This document shows positions 1 through 12,314 of a DNA stretch of 64,000 bases, in pieces. A program made the position numbers and the translations under genes. The number at the start of each line of letters is the position of its first letter. Positions within the stretch are counted from its first letter, which is position 1. The stretch is from Calcarisporiella thermophila CBS 279.70. Lineage: Eukaryota; Fungi; Calcarisporiellomycota. The notes under the pieces were generated by a model. The model saw nothing but the letters and a program-made list of their open reading frames with translations. It searched no databases and was not told where the DNA came from. The stretch covers positions 62,001 to 126,000 of the forward strand of contig NW_027192215.1 of NCBI RefSeq assembly GCF_041956535.1. Direction: 5' to 3'.

Positions 1-2354
1 TTGTGCACACTAAATACAAGGAGATGGGGGAGGTGACGAACTTAGTATAAGAATTCGAGGCTTTCTATACATTTGAATATTACTCTCTTGTTTTTGCAAC
101 AAACGAGGTTTCGCAATAAGCTCAGCGCTTCTTCTTGAATTGTATGGTTCGAGTCGTTGATCAAGCTAATAAAAAAAATAAATTATCGATCAAAATTTAA
201 TTTAGATATATTCACCATCTATTTAAAAAAATATATATGCCTTCTCAAATGTTCAAATGTTAAGTGCTGCATAACCATATTTTTAACTTGAGATTCCGCT
301 CGGCACAATAGGCTTTTTAAAGCCCACAACGCATTATACCGTAGCATATCGTCTTCCTCATGGACCAAGGATACCAACTTTGGAATGGCTCCGTTTTCGA
401 GCACAGCCTGTTTCATTGGGGAGAAATCAAGCACAATGTTACTAACAGTTGCAGCCGCCGCCACCTGCACATCGACAGAAGAGTCCGAAAGTAGGCGAAG
501 GATCGGCATCGCAATGCCGGCATCCAAAAGCGAAGTGCGCAGCTGCTTGACGGAACGGGAGAGGCTACGAGCGCAATGACATGCAGCAGCCCGGACACTC
601 GCCGAATGATCGCCAAGATTCTGAACAATATGGGGGAGAACATTCGCTTCAATCACCTGCTTGCGGCACTCCTCGGTGAGAGAACTGACGGCAGCAATGG
701 CAAGGAGAACATTCTACACGAGGGTGAATGTTAGTAGAGGTGCTAGTCGACAGTTGGAGTACCTAGTTACCCTCTTTAGTCGGTCTGCGTACTCCAGTGA
801 TTTATACATCCCACAATTGTTGTTGATTTGTGATATAATCTCGGCAAGCCGTGGGATAGCATCTGTTTCGGAGGCTGCGTTTTGCATATCCTTACTCTCA
901 CGCATCAAATCAGCTATCAGGCAAATTGAAGTAAACATGAGTGATCAGCTTACTAACTTGAATAACAATAGGATAATACCAAACACCAGCGGTGCCTTCT
1001 CTTTGACAACCCCAGGCTCATCGAGCAGCTTTATAAGCGTTGGGAGGACAATAAGTATCATATCTTCTCTGTGATTATTGATGACTTGATCGCGAAAGAG
1101 ATTTGTTAATCTGTCAACATCAAACAGTGAGCCGAGGAAAAATAAAAATTTTTTGATAGCAAAAGCGACTTCTTACACGGTAGCGGAGAGAAGTCGCATC
1201 ATAGGATTATCGTCACGGGTCAGCTTCAGAATGATGGAGACAAGCGACTCGCCCGATTCTTGAGCTATTATGCAAATTTTGAATAAGCGCTCAATATGCA
1301 CCGAAATAACGGTTGTAATTATCTGTAATAGCTACCTCGACAGTTAACAAGGCCGGCGCCGATATCCGGGTTTTCATAGCATAAAGAGGCAAGCGCATCC
1401 AATGCAGCTTCTTTCGCCTATTTGAATGACAAGATCATCTTGAAGTCATGATCAGAGATCCCAACCCATACCCACAAATTTACCTTGGCAATGTTACATG
1501 TTAGCAGCCGAATCAAAGGAGGTAGAACACCCATCTGCTCAAACGCCAACTGGTGCTCGGGAAGTTCACAACAACGTGCGATAATGGTTGCAGCGAGTTG
1601 CGCAATTCGTATACAAAGAGTGCTATCCATCATGGCAGGGCTATGAAACGAGACGAGATCAACGAGGACGACCAGGTCGGATATGTGGTGATCTTGCGTG
1701 TGTCCATTGGTCTGCGAATTATAGATTGCCCTTGTTAATAACTGCAAGAATGATGGCAGAAGGGGAGGAAGCAAGAAACTACCTTGAATACATCTAGTTT
1801 TGGACAGTTTGGCGATGAGAATAATGCCTTGATTGCACGCGCAGTCGCCTCGATGAGCTTGAGCGAGTGATTGCTCTCGGCTTGCGCAATCGAAATGTCA
1901 TGTCTCATTGCTAAACAATCGAGTAGAGGTGGGATCACGCCACTGTTGACCAAAGCCTGTACATTCTCATTGTTTCCTAGAGCCGATCAGAAAATTAGAA
2001 AATGGAGCGAGATCCCGATTTAGAACAAGCTGCAATCTAACCATAGGCTAAACTCCCCAGCACGGTTGCAGCCTGTATCTTAATTTCAATGTCCATGCAT
2101 GAACGAACGCTCAACAGCTCTACAAGCCTAAATATTCGGATTAATCCTCCATTTTATTTCCCAGTTGAGGGCAATGTTGAAATGCATTTCCCCACGGTTG
2201 CTTACCTTGGAATCGCCCCCAATTGTACATAAAGATCCTTTTTGGTCTTGTTACCGATTATATGGTTCTTGATAACTCGAATCGATTCCAAGATCGCAGC
2301 TGGATCAGAAGAATAGAGCTGTTTCACAACCAGCTCGTTGCGAGTGAGCGTCAT
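1..2354 (-). CDS. ARMC8: Armadillo-repeat protein 8 / Vid28 (Gid5)-like GID/CTLH complex subunit; multi-exon, 3' end runs off the window
   Basis: ATG at 2354 (MTLTRNELVVKQLYSSD...IKNHIIGNKTKKD). ARM-repeat exons include 'VRAAACHCARSLSRSVKQLRTSLLDAGIA..VSNIVLDFSPMK' and 'LRYNALWALKSL'. About 8 GT-AG introns. Confidence 0.85.
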
Positions 2355-3797
2355 TGCGGAGAGCACGTGTAGAAAAAGCGTGATAGAGAACCAATTGGAC
2401 TAGCTACCAAAGAGAATAACGACTGTTCAAGGTGCACGTCGTATGGTCGGATAGCACAATCAAACAATCCTCAATCGGTACGTTGCCCTTAACCCTATGT
2501 TAACTGTAGGTTGGAAATGGGTGGAAGGAACACCGATAAAACTAAATCGCTCAACCTTATGTGGGGAAATCGTGTAAGTTTTTTAACCTTGCCTTATTCT
2601 CGGACACCTTGTGCGAAGAATTGCTGCGCCCCGTTTATTTTTTTTTTAAAAGTTGTCCCCGGATGTCAAGAAACACGGCGGTGTGCACAATATATCATTA
2701 TTAACAATATTATTTTACTATTAGTGAAAGTAATAGTGGGGACAAAAATATTCTCTTTAGCCTTTTGCATACTACACCCTCATTTTTTCGAGTTCGTATT
2801 GTACTTGCTACATGGTTTAACTTTGGACAGCTATACTACCAAAATAAATGTGGCTGGATTCACGTGATCATTGTATCGATTTTTCGAAAAATTTGCAGGC
2901 CCCTTATAGCATGTATGTATGTTGCTCCTACAAATTTAAGAACGCCTAGCTCTTTGCGTTTAATCCTAATATAGACGAACACTTATAGCCCACTCTTTTT
3001 CTCGACATATTCCTCCTCGCAAGGCGCAAAAATGCCTCAACTCTTTATAAGCGTTAATTACAACATATTGAGGGTAGGGTTATTACAGCAATGAGGACGT
3101 CCATTTGATTTTTATTGCGGTTTGTAAGTGCGTTGATAGAGAAGTGAAACATTGAACCTCCTTGGTGGCTTTTAGGTCAAAGGCTTATTTTCTAGCTTTG
3201 AGAGGATGAATAAGCGGATGAGACAAAGTGCCATAAGGATCCTTTGAACCCAACCTAGCCATATAGCACCATCCGATCTTCACAATTCTGAGAATAAGCT
3301 GCCTTACAAAGTTTCACATGCGCGACACTAATTGTGCCGAAAGCAATACCTTAGGGCTTTAGAAGACTTCCAAGACTTGCTGCCATTCCATAAGCCGAGG
3401 AGGTTCCGCGATTTGGAAGGTGTGGCAATTTCACTATCCTTGAAATAAATATAGATTAAATAGGAGAAAAATTAAAAATCGCTTCTTCGTCGCGGCTAGC
3501 ATGGAAAATCTGCCCTATAAAAGTCTTGACAAGGAGGCCCTCCAGCGCACCCAGCGAGCCTAATGAAGACTCCACTCTTGTTAGCTTTTAGAAACATAGG
3601 AAATTGGCAATGCCGGTCTGTTTTTAGGAACAAGATGTACAATGCATTCACGTGACCTTGGACTTTCCGGCCCGCGAGTCGATGTCTGGCATTGATTGCT
3701 GTGGAAAACTATAAAAAGCGTGCCGTGAGGTAGAGCTTGTTTGTTGCTCCTCATCCTTTTTATTATTTGTTTCATTTGAGCAATTGTGATATACGCT

Positions 3798-4130
3798 ATG
3801 GACAATTCAAAGCATGCTACCGCTTGCAACTGTGGAGGGAGCGGCGTGAACTGTACTTGCGGAAGCTCTTGTAATTGTGGGACGAAAGACTCTGCCCGCC
3901 CTATGGCTCAAAAGAAGCACCACTGCGGCTGTCGAGGCGCTGGCTTAGGATGCACCTGCGGACCCAACTGCCAGTGTGGAGACGCAGAGAACCAAAGCTC
4001 GGCCACGGAAAATATTGCAGGGGGACTGGGTAAGATGGGCCAGGGCATGACAGAGATGTCACAGGATAAGGCAACCGAGGGATTCAACCAGGCAGCCTCG
4101 GGAACAAAGCAGCTCTTTGGTTTTAAGTAG
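3798..4130 (+). CDS. Metallothionein-like Cys-rich protein with two CxC-repeat modules and a hydrophilic C-terminal tail
   Basis: CNCGGSGVNCTCGSSCNCG and CGCRGAGLGCTCGPNCQCG (12 Cys in CxC pairs); TATAAAAA at ~3710. Confidence 0.7.
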   Translation: MDNSKHATACNCGGSGVNCTCGSSCNCGTKDSARPMAQKKHHCGCRGAGLGCTCGPNCQCGDAENQSSATENIAGGLGKMGQGMTEMSQDKATEGFNQAASGTKQLFGFK

Positions 4131-5039
4131 ATGAGAGGGAAAATTCATACGTATTGCCGTCAATTGGCAATGGATTTGTTATAATAAACAGAAAATCATG
4201 TTGGTAATAATTCCTCTACCAGTAGACTCCCGTCCCATATACACAGAATGGCAAAATATACGCTTAGTGCATCTACGAAAAGCCCATAGTCCAGCGCAGA
4301 AAAATGAAGTAGGCCTGATTGTGTAGACACACTTTCAAGCAAATGATTCAGAAGACTTTTGATTTGATAAAGTCTGGAATACACACCCTAACGCCATGAT
4401 ATTGTCAGAGGAAGGGGGCTACTAAATTTTCCCCACACCCTCCTCCAAGTCATTCTCAGAAGGGTTGTACCCTAAAAAAGCCCCGTCAACTTCTGCTTTC
4501 GAAATCTTGAATGCACTCCCCTCAAAAGCTGCTGCAGCTAGCCTCATGCTATGGGGCAGACCGATCTGTGTGACTTCGATTCCCAATGTAGCATGCTGCA
4601 ATGACGGTCGTCTGCTCTTACTAACTGGATGAGAATTCACCCTCGATTATTTTGAAAAGACATTGGGTGTATTTGTTGCGGAATGGCCAAAATCGCGCAA
4701 CTCAATATTTTCCAAACTTAAGCTCTAAATCCAATATTTGCTTTTTTTCCTTTTCATTTGGAGAAGGTAGGATTGTGTAATGATTGTATTTGGACGAGAG
4801 AAAGATCAAAATAGATGAAGACTAAATAAGGCACTGATGTAATGGCTGGATCAATAGTTTGACGTCACTACGTGTGTACATGGCCTTATTTTTTTCCGGT
4901 CATCTCCATATTCATCTTAAATCCATTCTCTAAGAAATAAAAAAAATATAGACATTATTAAACGAAAAAAGAGTCCAAAAAAGAGGAAACATTGGAAAGT
5001 AAAAAAAAAAAAAAACCTCTATTGTTTTATATCGCAAAT

Positions 5040-6582
5040 TTAGTCAGAGTAGTACTCGTCGCTGTCGTAGTTCATAGCATCGAAGTTGACCTTGTATCGG
5101 AGCAACCCCCCAATTCCACCAAAGCCTTTGACGAACTGTGCCCCTTCCTGCGAGCGATTGGTCACAAATTCGAGTGTTGCACCTAGGGAACATGAATAGT
5201 CAGCAACCACCGAAAAAAAAGACACACATCAAAGGAGACCTTTGAACTCACCAAAATCTTTGTACTTCTCGGCAAACCACTCGAGCAGTGATTCCTTGTT
5301 GACCATCTCCATCTCGTTGCCGGTGGTCTTATCGAGGAAGTTGCTACGATCCTTCTCCTGGTCCTTGTTCAAGTGCAGCACGATCTCCTCTCCCTCAGAG
5401 CTGCGCAGAGTATAGCGGGAGATTTCGAGGTTCTCGAACACGATCAATGTCTCCACAGCACCCAGCTCCAGTGCCTTCATCGTATCCTCTACACCGAAGC
5501 AGTATTTGCCGGTATCCTGGGAGATCTCGTCGAAGTACTTTTGGATCAGCTTCTTCTCCTGGACGAACTTGACGTTCTGCAAACTCTCCGCAGAGAGCTC
5601 AATCGCTTGATTGAAGCCGTTCTCGCCACCATATGACACGTCCACCACCTTTATGACCTTGGCCTGCAATCGCTGATCAAACATGTCGGACTGATTCAAT
5701 TCTGTCTTGAAGTCGGCCGAACCAGCTAGCACCAACCCGGCCACATTCACCTTGTCGTTCGTGACAAAGAACTGCACAGCAAGCTCTGCCACCTTGCGCA
5801 CGTAGTTGTGCCGCTTTTCCTCACGCAAACGGGCGAAACGCAGCGCAGACTGGCCACCACGCCCGTGCTTCTTCGGAAGATCCACCATCATCTTGTGGAT
5901 GATCTCGCGGGTATTTCCACTCACAGTGCCGAACAGCGCCCCGTTACCGTCCATCACGATAAACCCGAATTTGGCGTCGGATTCGAGCAGCTCAGACAGC
6001 GCCTCCGTGTGGAATTTGTTGTCACACAAGTACAGCGAGGTATTGATCGGCTTAAAGGGTTCAAAATCGATGTTCACCTTCTTCTCCTTCCCCTCCTCCG
6101 TCACAATCGTACCACAGTAGACGACAAGACCATTAGGCGGCACTCTATTGTAAAGCTTTAAACGCTGCTGTGTGGAGGTGATGGCTGCCAGTACTGATAG
6201 ACGATTCACACGCGATTTAATATTGGAGGCTGTCCCGAACTCATCCGCCAACATCTTAGCCACTCGTGAAATCTGGTCCTTCGGGGCTAAAGAAAAGAAA
6301 AGAAAAGGCAGAAAAAGTCCAAAATTAATAACCACAGCTCAGACATGGAACAAAATGCATATGGGAGACACTCAACGGATAATGAGGGAGATCATGGAGG
6401 TGCCATTTCTACAGAAAAGACAGAGCAGAGTGCATAAATATCGAAGGGAAGCAATCACTATTTTCGAAGGGAAAAAGCCGGAAAATTTACCCTCTTGCGG
6501 CCTCTAAGCTCTTTATGAGCTTCTTGATCTTCCACATCTCGATATTCTTGTCTGTTGAATCGGCTGCATTTGAGGAGCTCAT
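5040..6582 (-). CDS. SUP45: Eukaryotic peptide chain release factor 1 (4 exons)
   Basis: Spliced [31 protein letters not shown]|[11 protein letters not shown]|PKDQ. Motifs TASNIKS, YLCDNKF and GRGGQS; C-terminal [11 protein letters not shown]. Confidence 0.98.
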
Positions 6583-6758
6583 GATTTCGTTCGATTGTTT
6601 ATTTTTTCTTTTTTACAAAATGAACAGGAGAACAGTTTCTTGCGCCTTTATGAAAAATTTTTAACTTGCGGCGCAGCAATTCTTCCCTTTCCTGGGACCC
6701 CACCCAATTCGCGTCACATCCAATTCACTTCGATACACCTCTTTTCAAATCGCCTTAA
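6583..6758. promoter_or_regulatory. Compact bidirectional promoter region between eRF1 and SPC3
   Basis: Only 176 bp separate the divergent ATGs (6582 minus, 6759 plus). Confidence 0.6.
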
Positions 6759-7497
6759 ATGCACAATCTTCAAACGCGTGCCAGCACTCTACTCTCAACC
6801 TTCTTTGCGGGGCTGTGTGGGATCCTAGTGTTGTTGACCCTTTATAGTTTGGTGGTATCAACTTCTCCGGATGGATCGGTGGTCGTCCATGATATAAGGA
6901 TGTGAGTCTGCAATGCATTGAAAAGAGGCTAATGATGGCCGTATATTAATGCTCTCCACCAGCGTAAAAAATCGGTATGGCCCAGACTATTTTGACTACA
7001 AGGATAGTAAGAGCGAGTTTGCCGTGCTGAATATGGACATTGATGCAGGTACATCTTGGCTCTCCTCCCTCTTGGCATTGATTCCTTCCCCCCTTCATAC
7101 TGACGCAAAAATGGGTAGATTTTACATCTCTCTTCCACTGGAACACGAAACAAGTATATGCTGCCGTGATGGCCGAGTACACCACGCCCTCCCACGCAGT
7201 CAACAAGGTTATACTGTGGGACAAGCTTATTCTCAACAAGAAGGATGCGCGCTTGAAACTCAGAGGAGTGCGAAACAAATACGCTCTGATTGATATTAAT
7301 AGGCGATGGAAGTAAGTCTTTGTCCGAACCTATGCGTATGCGCATAGAATTTACGTGATGAGCTGAATTTTTTCTCCTTCCTATATTCCATCAGTCATCT
7401 GGACGCCAACATGTCTGTATACTGGGATGTATCACCGCATGCCGGTCTCTTGGCAAATAGCCGATCCTCTGGCTCCCAGAGTATCACTCTGAACTAA
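6759..7497 (+). CDS. SPC3: Signal peptidase complex subunit 3 (SPC22/23); 4 exons, not recovered by the ORF track
   Basis: Spliced MHNLQTRASTLLSTFFAGLCGILVLLTL... DIDA|DFTSLFHWNTKQVY...NKVILWDKLI...NKYALID...|...YWDVSPHAG. WNTKQ and LWDK are the SPC3 signature motifs. Confidence 0.92.
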
Positions 7498-7861
7498 CCG
7501 ATAACGCTATGAAATCGCGCTTGCTGAATATCCATTAATTTGCTTCTCTATCTTGCAAAAATAAAACTCTCTTTTTCTTTTTGATTGTGAACGGTTCAAC
7601 TTTGCTAGTATCGGCTCGTCTTTAGGCCTCTTCTCGTGCTTGCCCTACTGCTATTTCTCAGACTCCATTTTCTCTTCCCTTTACCTCCCGCCTTGCCCCG
7701 CTTTACAGCCAACTACAAATTGCCAACGGTGTGTGAATCACAGTCACAGAAAATGCAGTCCCTTGTGTGACGTCGACGTGTTTACCAGTAATCCATTGCC
7801 TACTCGTCGATATTCGTTTAAGGATCTATAGCCAAGCAATACATCCTCCATAAATTTAATC

Positions 7862-9595
7862 ATGACCGAGATAGAAAATAAACTCGATGAGCTCAAGCTC
7901 GCTGAACCCAAAAAGCATACGCAGCTGCTAGAATCGGAGGCCACCGTAGAGGTGAAGCTTGCCGATTTGCAGGCTGATCCGAACTCTCCCCTCTACTCGG
8001 CGAAAACCTTTGAAGAGCTGGGCCTGTGAGTAGAAGAGCTGGAATCGACCGCACCATAGCAAATAACCAATTTTCGCTGATTTTAGGCATGAGAATCTGC
8101 TAAAGGGAATTTATGATATGAAGTTCACAAAACCATCCAAGATTCAAGAACGCGCATTGCCCCTACTGCTTTCCGATCCGTAAGTGTCCATCAGTGAGCA
8201 ATTCAGCGTATTGATTATATTGATATTAATTCTCTTATTTATTTGAAGGCCGAAAAATATGATCGGTCAGTCTCAATCAGGCACCGGCAAGACGGCCGCG
8301 TTTGTCCTGACCATGCTCAGCCGGATAGACTTTACCAAGCAATGTACTCAGGTAATGGCGCTTCCTCCTCCTCCACTAGATCTAATTATCATCAGTCCAT
8401 TCTAACGCATTATCTCCTCTAGGCGATTTGTCTTGCTCCAGCACGAGAGCTTGCCCGCCAGATCATGGAAGTGATTAAAGAAATGGGCAAATACACCCCC
8501 GTCACAACCTGCTTCGCCATTAAAGACTCAATTGCCCGTGGCCAAAAGATTGATCAGCATATTGTCGTTGGAACACCCGGCACGGTGACCGACCAGATCC
8601 ACAAACGACAATTGGACGTGCGAAATGTAAAAATATTCGTGTTAGATGAGGCAGATAACATGTTGGATCAGCAAGGTTTGGGCGACCAGAGTATCCGGAT
8701 CAAGAAGTAGTGGAGAATTACTATTTGATTTATTTTGAGACACTATGCTAATCAATCACTTCCTCTTCCTATTTTCCCTAGCTTGATGCCAAAAACGTGC
8801 CAAATTGTGCTATTTTCTGCCACATTCGCTGACCCCGTGCGTCGCTTTGCTGAGCGCTTCGCACCAAACGCTAACCAAATCTCCCTGAAGACAGAAGAAT
8901 TATCTGTGGATGGCATCAAGGTAATGTCAAGTTCATATAGATTGAGAAGAGATCACCCCATTAAACACACAACCGTTTCCTTTTTTTTATTTTTAGCTAA
9001 TTTTACATGGACTGCAAGAACACCGAACACAAGTATGAGGTCCTTTGCCAACTCTATTCGCTGCTAACCATTGGTCAGAGTATCATTTTCGTGAGGGTAA
9101 GTTGATGGAGGGCGTATCTCAGATGTTTCCACCTTTTCTAATCGCTCCCTGTCCTCGTTCTCCTAGAAACGTGAGACCGCTGATGAGATCGCACGCCGTA
9201 TGACAGCAGAAGGCCACAAGATTATTTCTCTGCACGGTGGCTTGCAATCGGCGGACCGTGATGAGGTGATGGATTCGTTCCGCCTGGGCACCTCGAAAGT
9301 GCTTATCACGACCAACGTGATTGCACGCGGTATCGATATCCTGCAGGTCAACCTTGTTATCAACTATGACATGCCGGTCGATGGCAATGGCCGCCCCGAC
9401 CCAGAGACCTATTTGCATCGTATTGGGCGTACGGGTCGATTCGGGCGTACCGGAGTGAGCATCAACTTCGTGCATGATCGCAAGAGCTGGGAGGAGATGC
9501 ATGCCATTGAAACCTATTTCCAGCGTCCAATCCAGAAGGTACCCACAGACGATTGGGAGCAAGTAGAAAAGATCTTGAAGAAGGCGGTGAAATAA
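7862..9595 (+). CDS. DBP5: DEAD-box RNA helicase Dbp5/DDX19; multi-exon, with an apparent 1-nt lesion at 8997-9000
   Basis: [68 protein letters not shown]. Confidence 0.95.
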
Positions 9596-10871
9596 GCCGC
9601 GCCCTCCCCCTTTTTATATATAAATATATATATATATATATACATGGCTATTTTATTGTTTTTTTCTTTTTTGTCATTAATTCCTTCCTTTATTCAATAC
9701 AACTGACTACATTGTTAGATATGTGGATTTATAACCCCTACTCACTCAACCAAGGCTAACCCATCCAAATATCCATTCAAAGTAAACTTCACCTACAAAG
9801 TTATATTAAAGAAGTTGCTTTCAATCGAAGCATTAGTTATATAAAAGGCGAGCTCCCTTTTACCACCAATAGATAATCCCGACTCCTGGCTATTTGCATA
9901 GAAAGTTTAGCCTACCATTTCACAGGATGATGAGCATTTCCCTGGCGCCTCACTCCGGAGAGGTATCAACACTAGGTTCTGCATCATTAGTGCAAACGCC
10001 TACTCCTACTCTCTCCTACCACTAGTAAGCTTGTTCTCAAAATGGAGCATCCAACCTGCATATCGTATCCCTTTCCCACAATAAAGTGATCACCAAAGAA
10101 TCTGAAATTCAAGTGCCCTCAAGTATCGCGAGAAATAGGGATAAAGCTTGCCGCCCTTTATCCAAGTTAGTGAGCACACCTAGGAGGCTGCTCCGTGAAT
10201 CGATGTGGTTTATAGGTGGAAGTGTTTTATCAGGAAGAAACAAAGTTATTGCTATCCTTAATGAAGCACGGATCCTTGGACATTGACAAGAATATGGATT
10301 AGAGATAGGGATCGAGCCTCGAGCCTCTTAGGATATTCTTTTGATATATTATCCTTGGACGTAATTTCAGCAGCATTTTGCTTGGAGGCGCGTGGGTCTC
10401 TCTCTAGCCTAAGTCGTGCATATAGAACTCTACTGAGAAAATCTTCTATCTTAGGTTGTGGGACGGTCAGGTTGCCACCTGGTGTTTGCTAAGAAGGAAG
10501 ATTTTACAAGAAGATGCAAGCACAGAGAGATAATAAAGCCGGTCGACCCTCGACTCGAACCAGCACTTCAAGAATCTATCTATATATTGGGTTATTTGGA
10601 TGTAGAGATAGTACATACAAGTCGCATAAAATAAAGTTGGGTAGAAATTCAGAAGCAAAACAAAGTATAAAACAAAGTTCAAAAGGGTGAGAAATACGCG
10701 AAATAAAGTCAAATCAGCGATAGTGATAAATAATAATAAATAAAAGAGAAAAAAAAAGGAGAAAAAAAATCAAAAAGAAGGCTCATATTAACAGGCTGGA
10801 ATAAAAACACGGCAGAAGAGTCCCAAAAAAAAGAGATAGCCCAAAATGTGGAAATGAATAAACGCAATTCT

Positions 10872-12314
10872 TTAGTTCTGCTTTTTCTCGGGCATGTACT
10901 CTTCAATCGCCCGCTCTTTCAGCTTGGCTTTAGCATCTAGGACCACGCGATCGAACTCCTGGTTAATGATCTCGCATACGCGGTGGGCCTGGTCGGGATA
11001 GGCCTCGGTCTTGTCGGTGATGCATTGAACCGTAATGTTTCCGGCGTACGAGAAGATGGCCAGGCCGAGCGAACCCTTGCTATTTTGTGGGGGGAACGGG
11101 CGCAGTCCCCGAACCCGCTGGCCTCCATACTCGATCTCCTGATGGGGGCCGGGAACGTTGGTGAGCACACAGTGGATTTTCCCCAGGATCCAGTTAATAA
11201 ACCAGAGGGGGAGGAAGAGAGGGATTAACCCGGCGTAGGTCATATAGAAGTAGAAGAACTGGGGCACGAATCCACGCTTATAGTTCATCATCTCCTGGTG
11301 CACGGCCTTGGCCAGGGACTCGGTGGGCATATCGTAGAGTGGGAAATACCCCACGCTCCCGGTCGAGACATTGTACACCCGGTAGTCGTCGGGATAGCGA
11401 AGCGAGAAGGGGATCATCATGGAGACGTAGTCGTCGTGGCGGCCCTTGATGTCCTCGAGGTAGGTCTTCACTGCGCGCGTGACAACGGTGCACATGACGT
11501 CGTTGAGGGTGAGATCGTATGCCTTGCGAACCGTTTTGATGTCCTCCATCGACATGGGCGCCGTCCAGCTCATGAGCTTTTCCGTCGTCTGCTCGCCCTT
11601 GTAATTGAGTGATTTCCTCGTGAAGACCATCCCTTCAACCCAGAGTTTGAACATGAGCAAGAAGCCGACCACAAATGTCGCCACAAGCTGCAGCAGACCC
11701 ACCAGGCTAGCCCAAGCTGACAAGGCCGGTTTGGGCAGCTGCTCGGTGTAGGGGAGAAGCGCAGGGTTTCTAAGCAAGGGGAGATCTTTTGCCTGCAGAG
11801 GCTTTTGTTTCTTGAGGCGCATGGACTTCTTGTGCTCTTCCCATTTCTCCTCCAGCAGTTTGCGAGCATCGGTATGGTAGAAGAAAGCGCGAACGAAGCC
11901 TTGGCCGTCAGCGTAGCAGTGATGCCCCACCAAGACCATGGCGCCCCCACTCTTCAGCCCATTCACAAAAGCGACTCTCCAAAGGGGCTTGTTGCGATCC
12001 CAAGGCTTGGCATAGAATTCGGCGGTGAAATTCTGCAATTCGGCCTCGGTGCCTTCCTTGAGGGTGTGCTCGGTGCACTGATCCTCGAGCTTGAAGTCCG
12101 GGCAATCCGCCCACTTGGCCGTGGAGAAGAGGCCGCCTTCTACAGGGCGTTGCTTGACGCGCGGGAATGTCTCGACATGGCGGTGGATTTCCTCCAGCAT
12201 TTTTGTTTTGTCGATGGGTTCGTCATAGAGGAAGACGTTGCAGATGTTCATAGGCCTATTGGGGGAGTCGACATGGAGGAAAATGTGGTCGAGGCCTCGC
12301 AAACGTTCGGTCAT
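10872..12314 (-). CDS. Wax ester synthase / acyl-CoA:diacylglycerol acyltransferase (WS/DGAT), intronless
   Basis: Starts MTERLRGLDHIFL. Catalytic HHxxxDG (HHCYADG), KPLW, TLNDV, TNVPGP and FSYAG motifs. Confidence 0.9.
   Translation of the reverse strand: MTERLRGLDHIFLHVDSPNRPMNICNVFLYDEPIDKTKMLEEIHRHVETFPRVKQRPVEGGLFSTAKWADCPDFKLEDQCTEHTLKEGTEAELQNFTAEFYAKPWDRNKPLWRVAFVNGLKSGGAMVLVGHHCYADGQGFVRAFFYHTDARKLLEEKWEEHKKSMRLKKQKPLQAKDLPLLRNPALLPYTEQLPKPALSAWASLVGLLQLVATFVVGFLLMFKLWVEGMVFTRKSLNYKGEQTTEKLMSWTAPMSMEDIKTVRKAYDLTLNDVMCTVVTRAVKTYLEDIKGRHDDYVSMMIPFSLRYPDDYRVYNVSTGSVGYFPLYDMPTESLAKAVHQEMMNYKRGFVPQFFYFYMTYAGLIPLFLPLWFINWILGKIHCVLTNVPGPHQEIEYGGQRVRGLRPFPPQNSKGSLGLAIFSYAGNITVQCITDKTEAYPDQAHRVCEIINQEFDRVVLDAKAKLKERAIEEYMPEKKQN

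Noticed and set aside
5229-6335. Possible variant genetic code via altered eRF1
   Set aside because: The GTS, NIKS and YxCxxxF motifs are standard, and genes in the window end in TAA, TAG and TGA.
9800-10500. Short ORFs between DBP5 and WS/DGAT (likewise 4196-4640 and 25971-26943)
   Set aside because: No recognisable domains or coherent exon structure.
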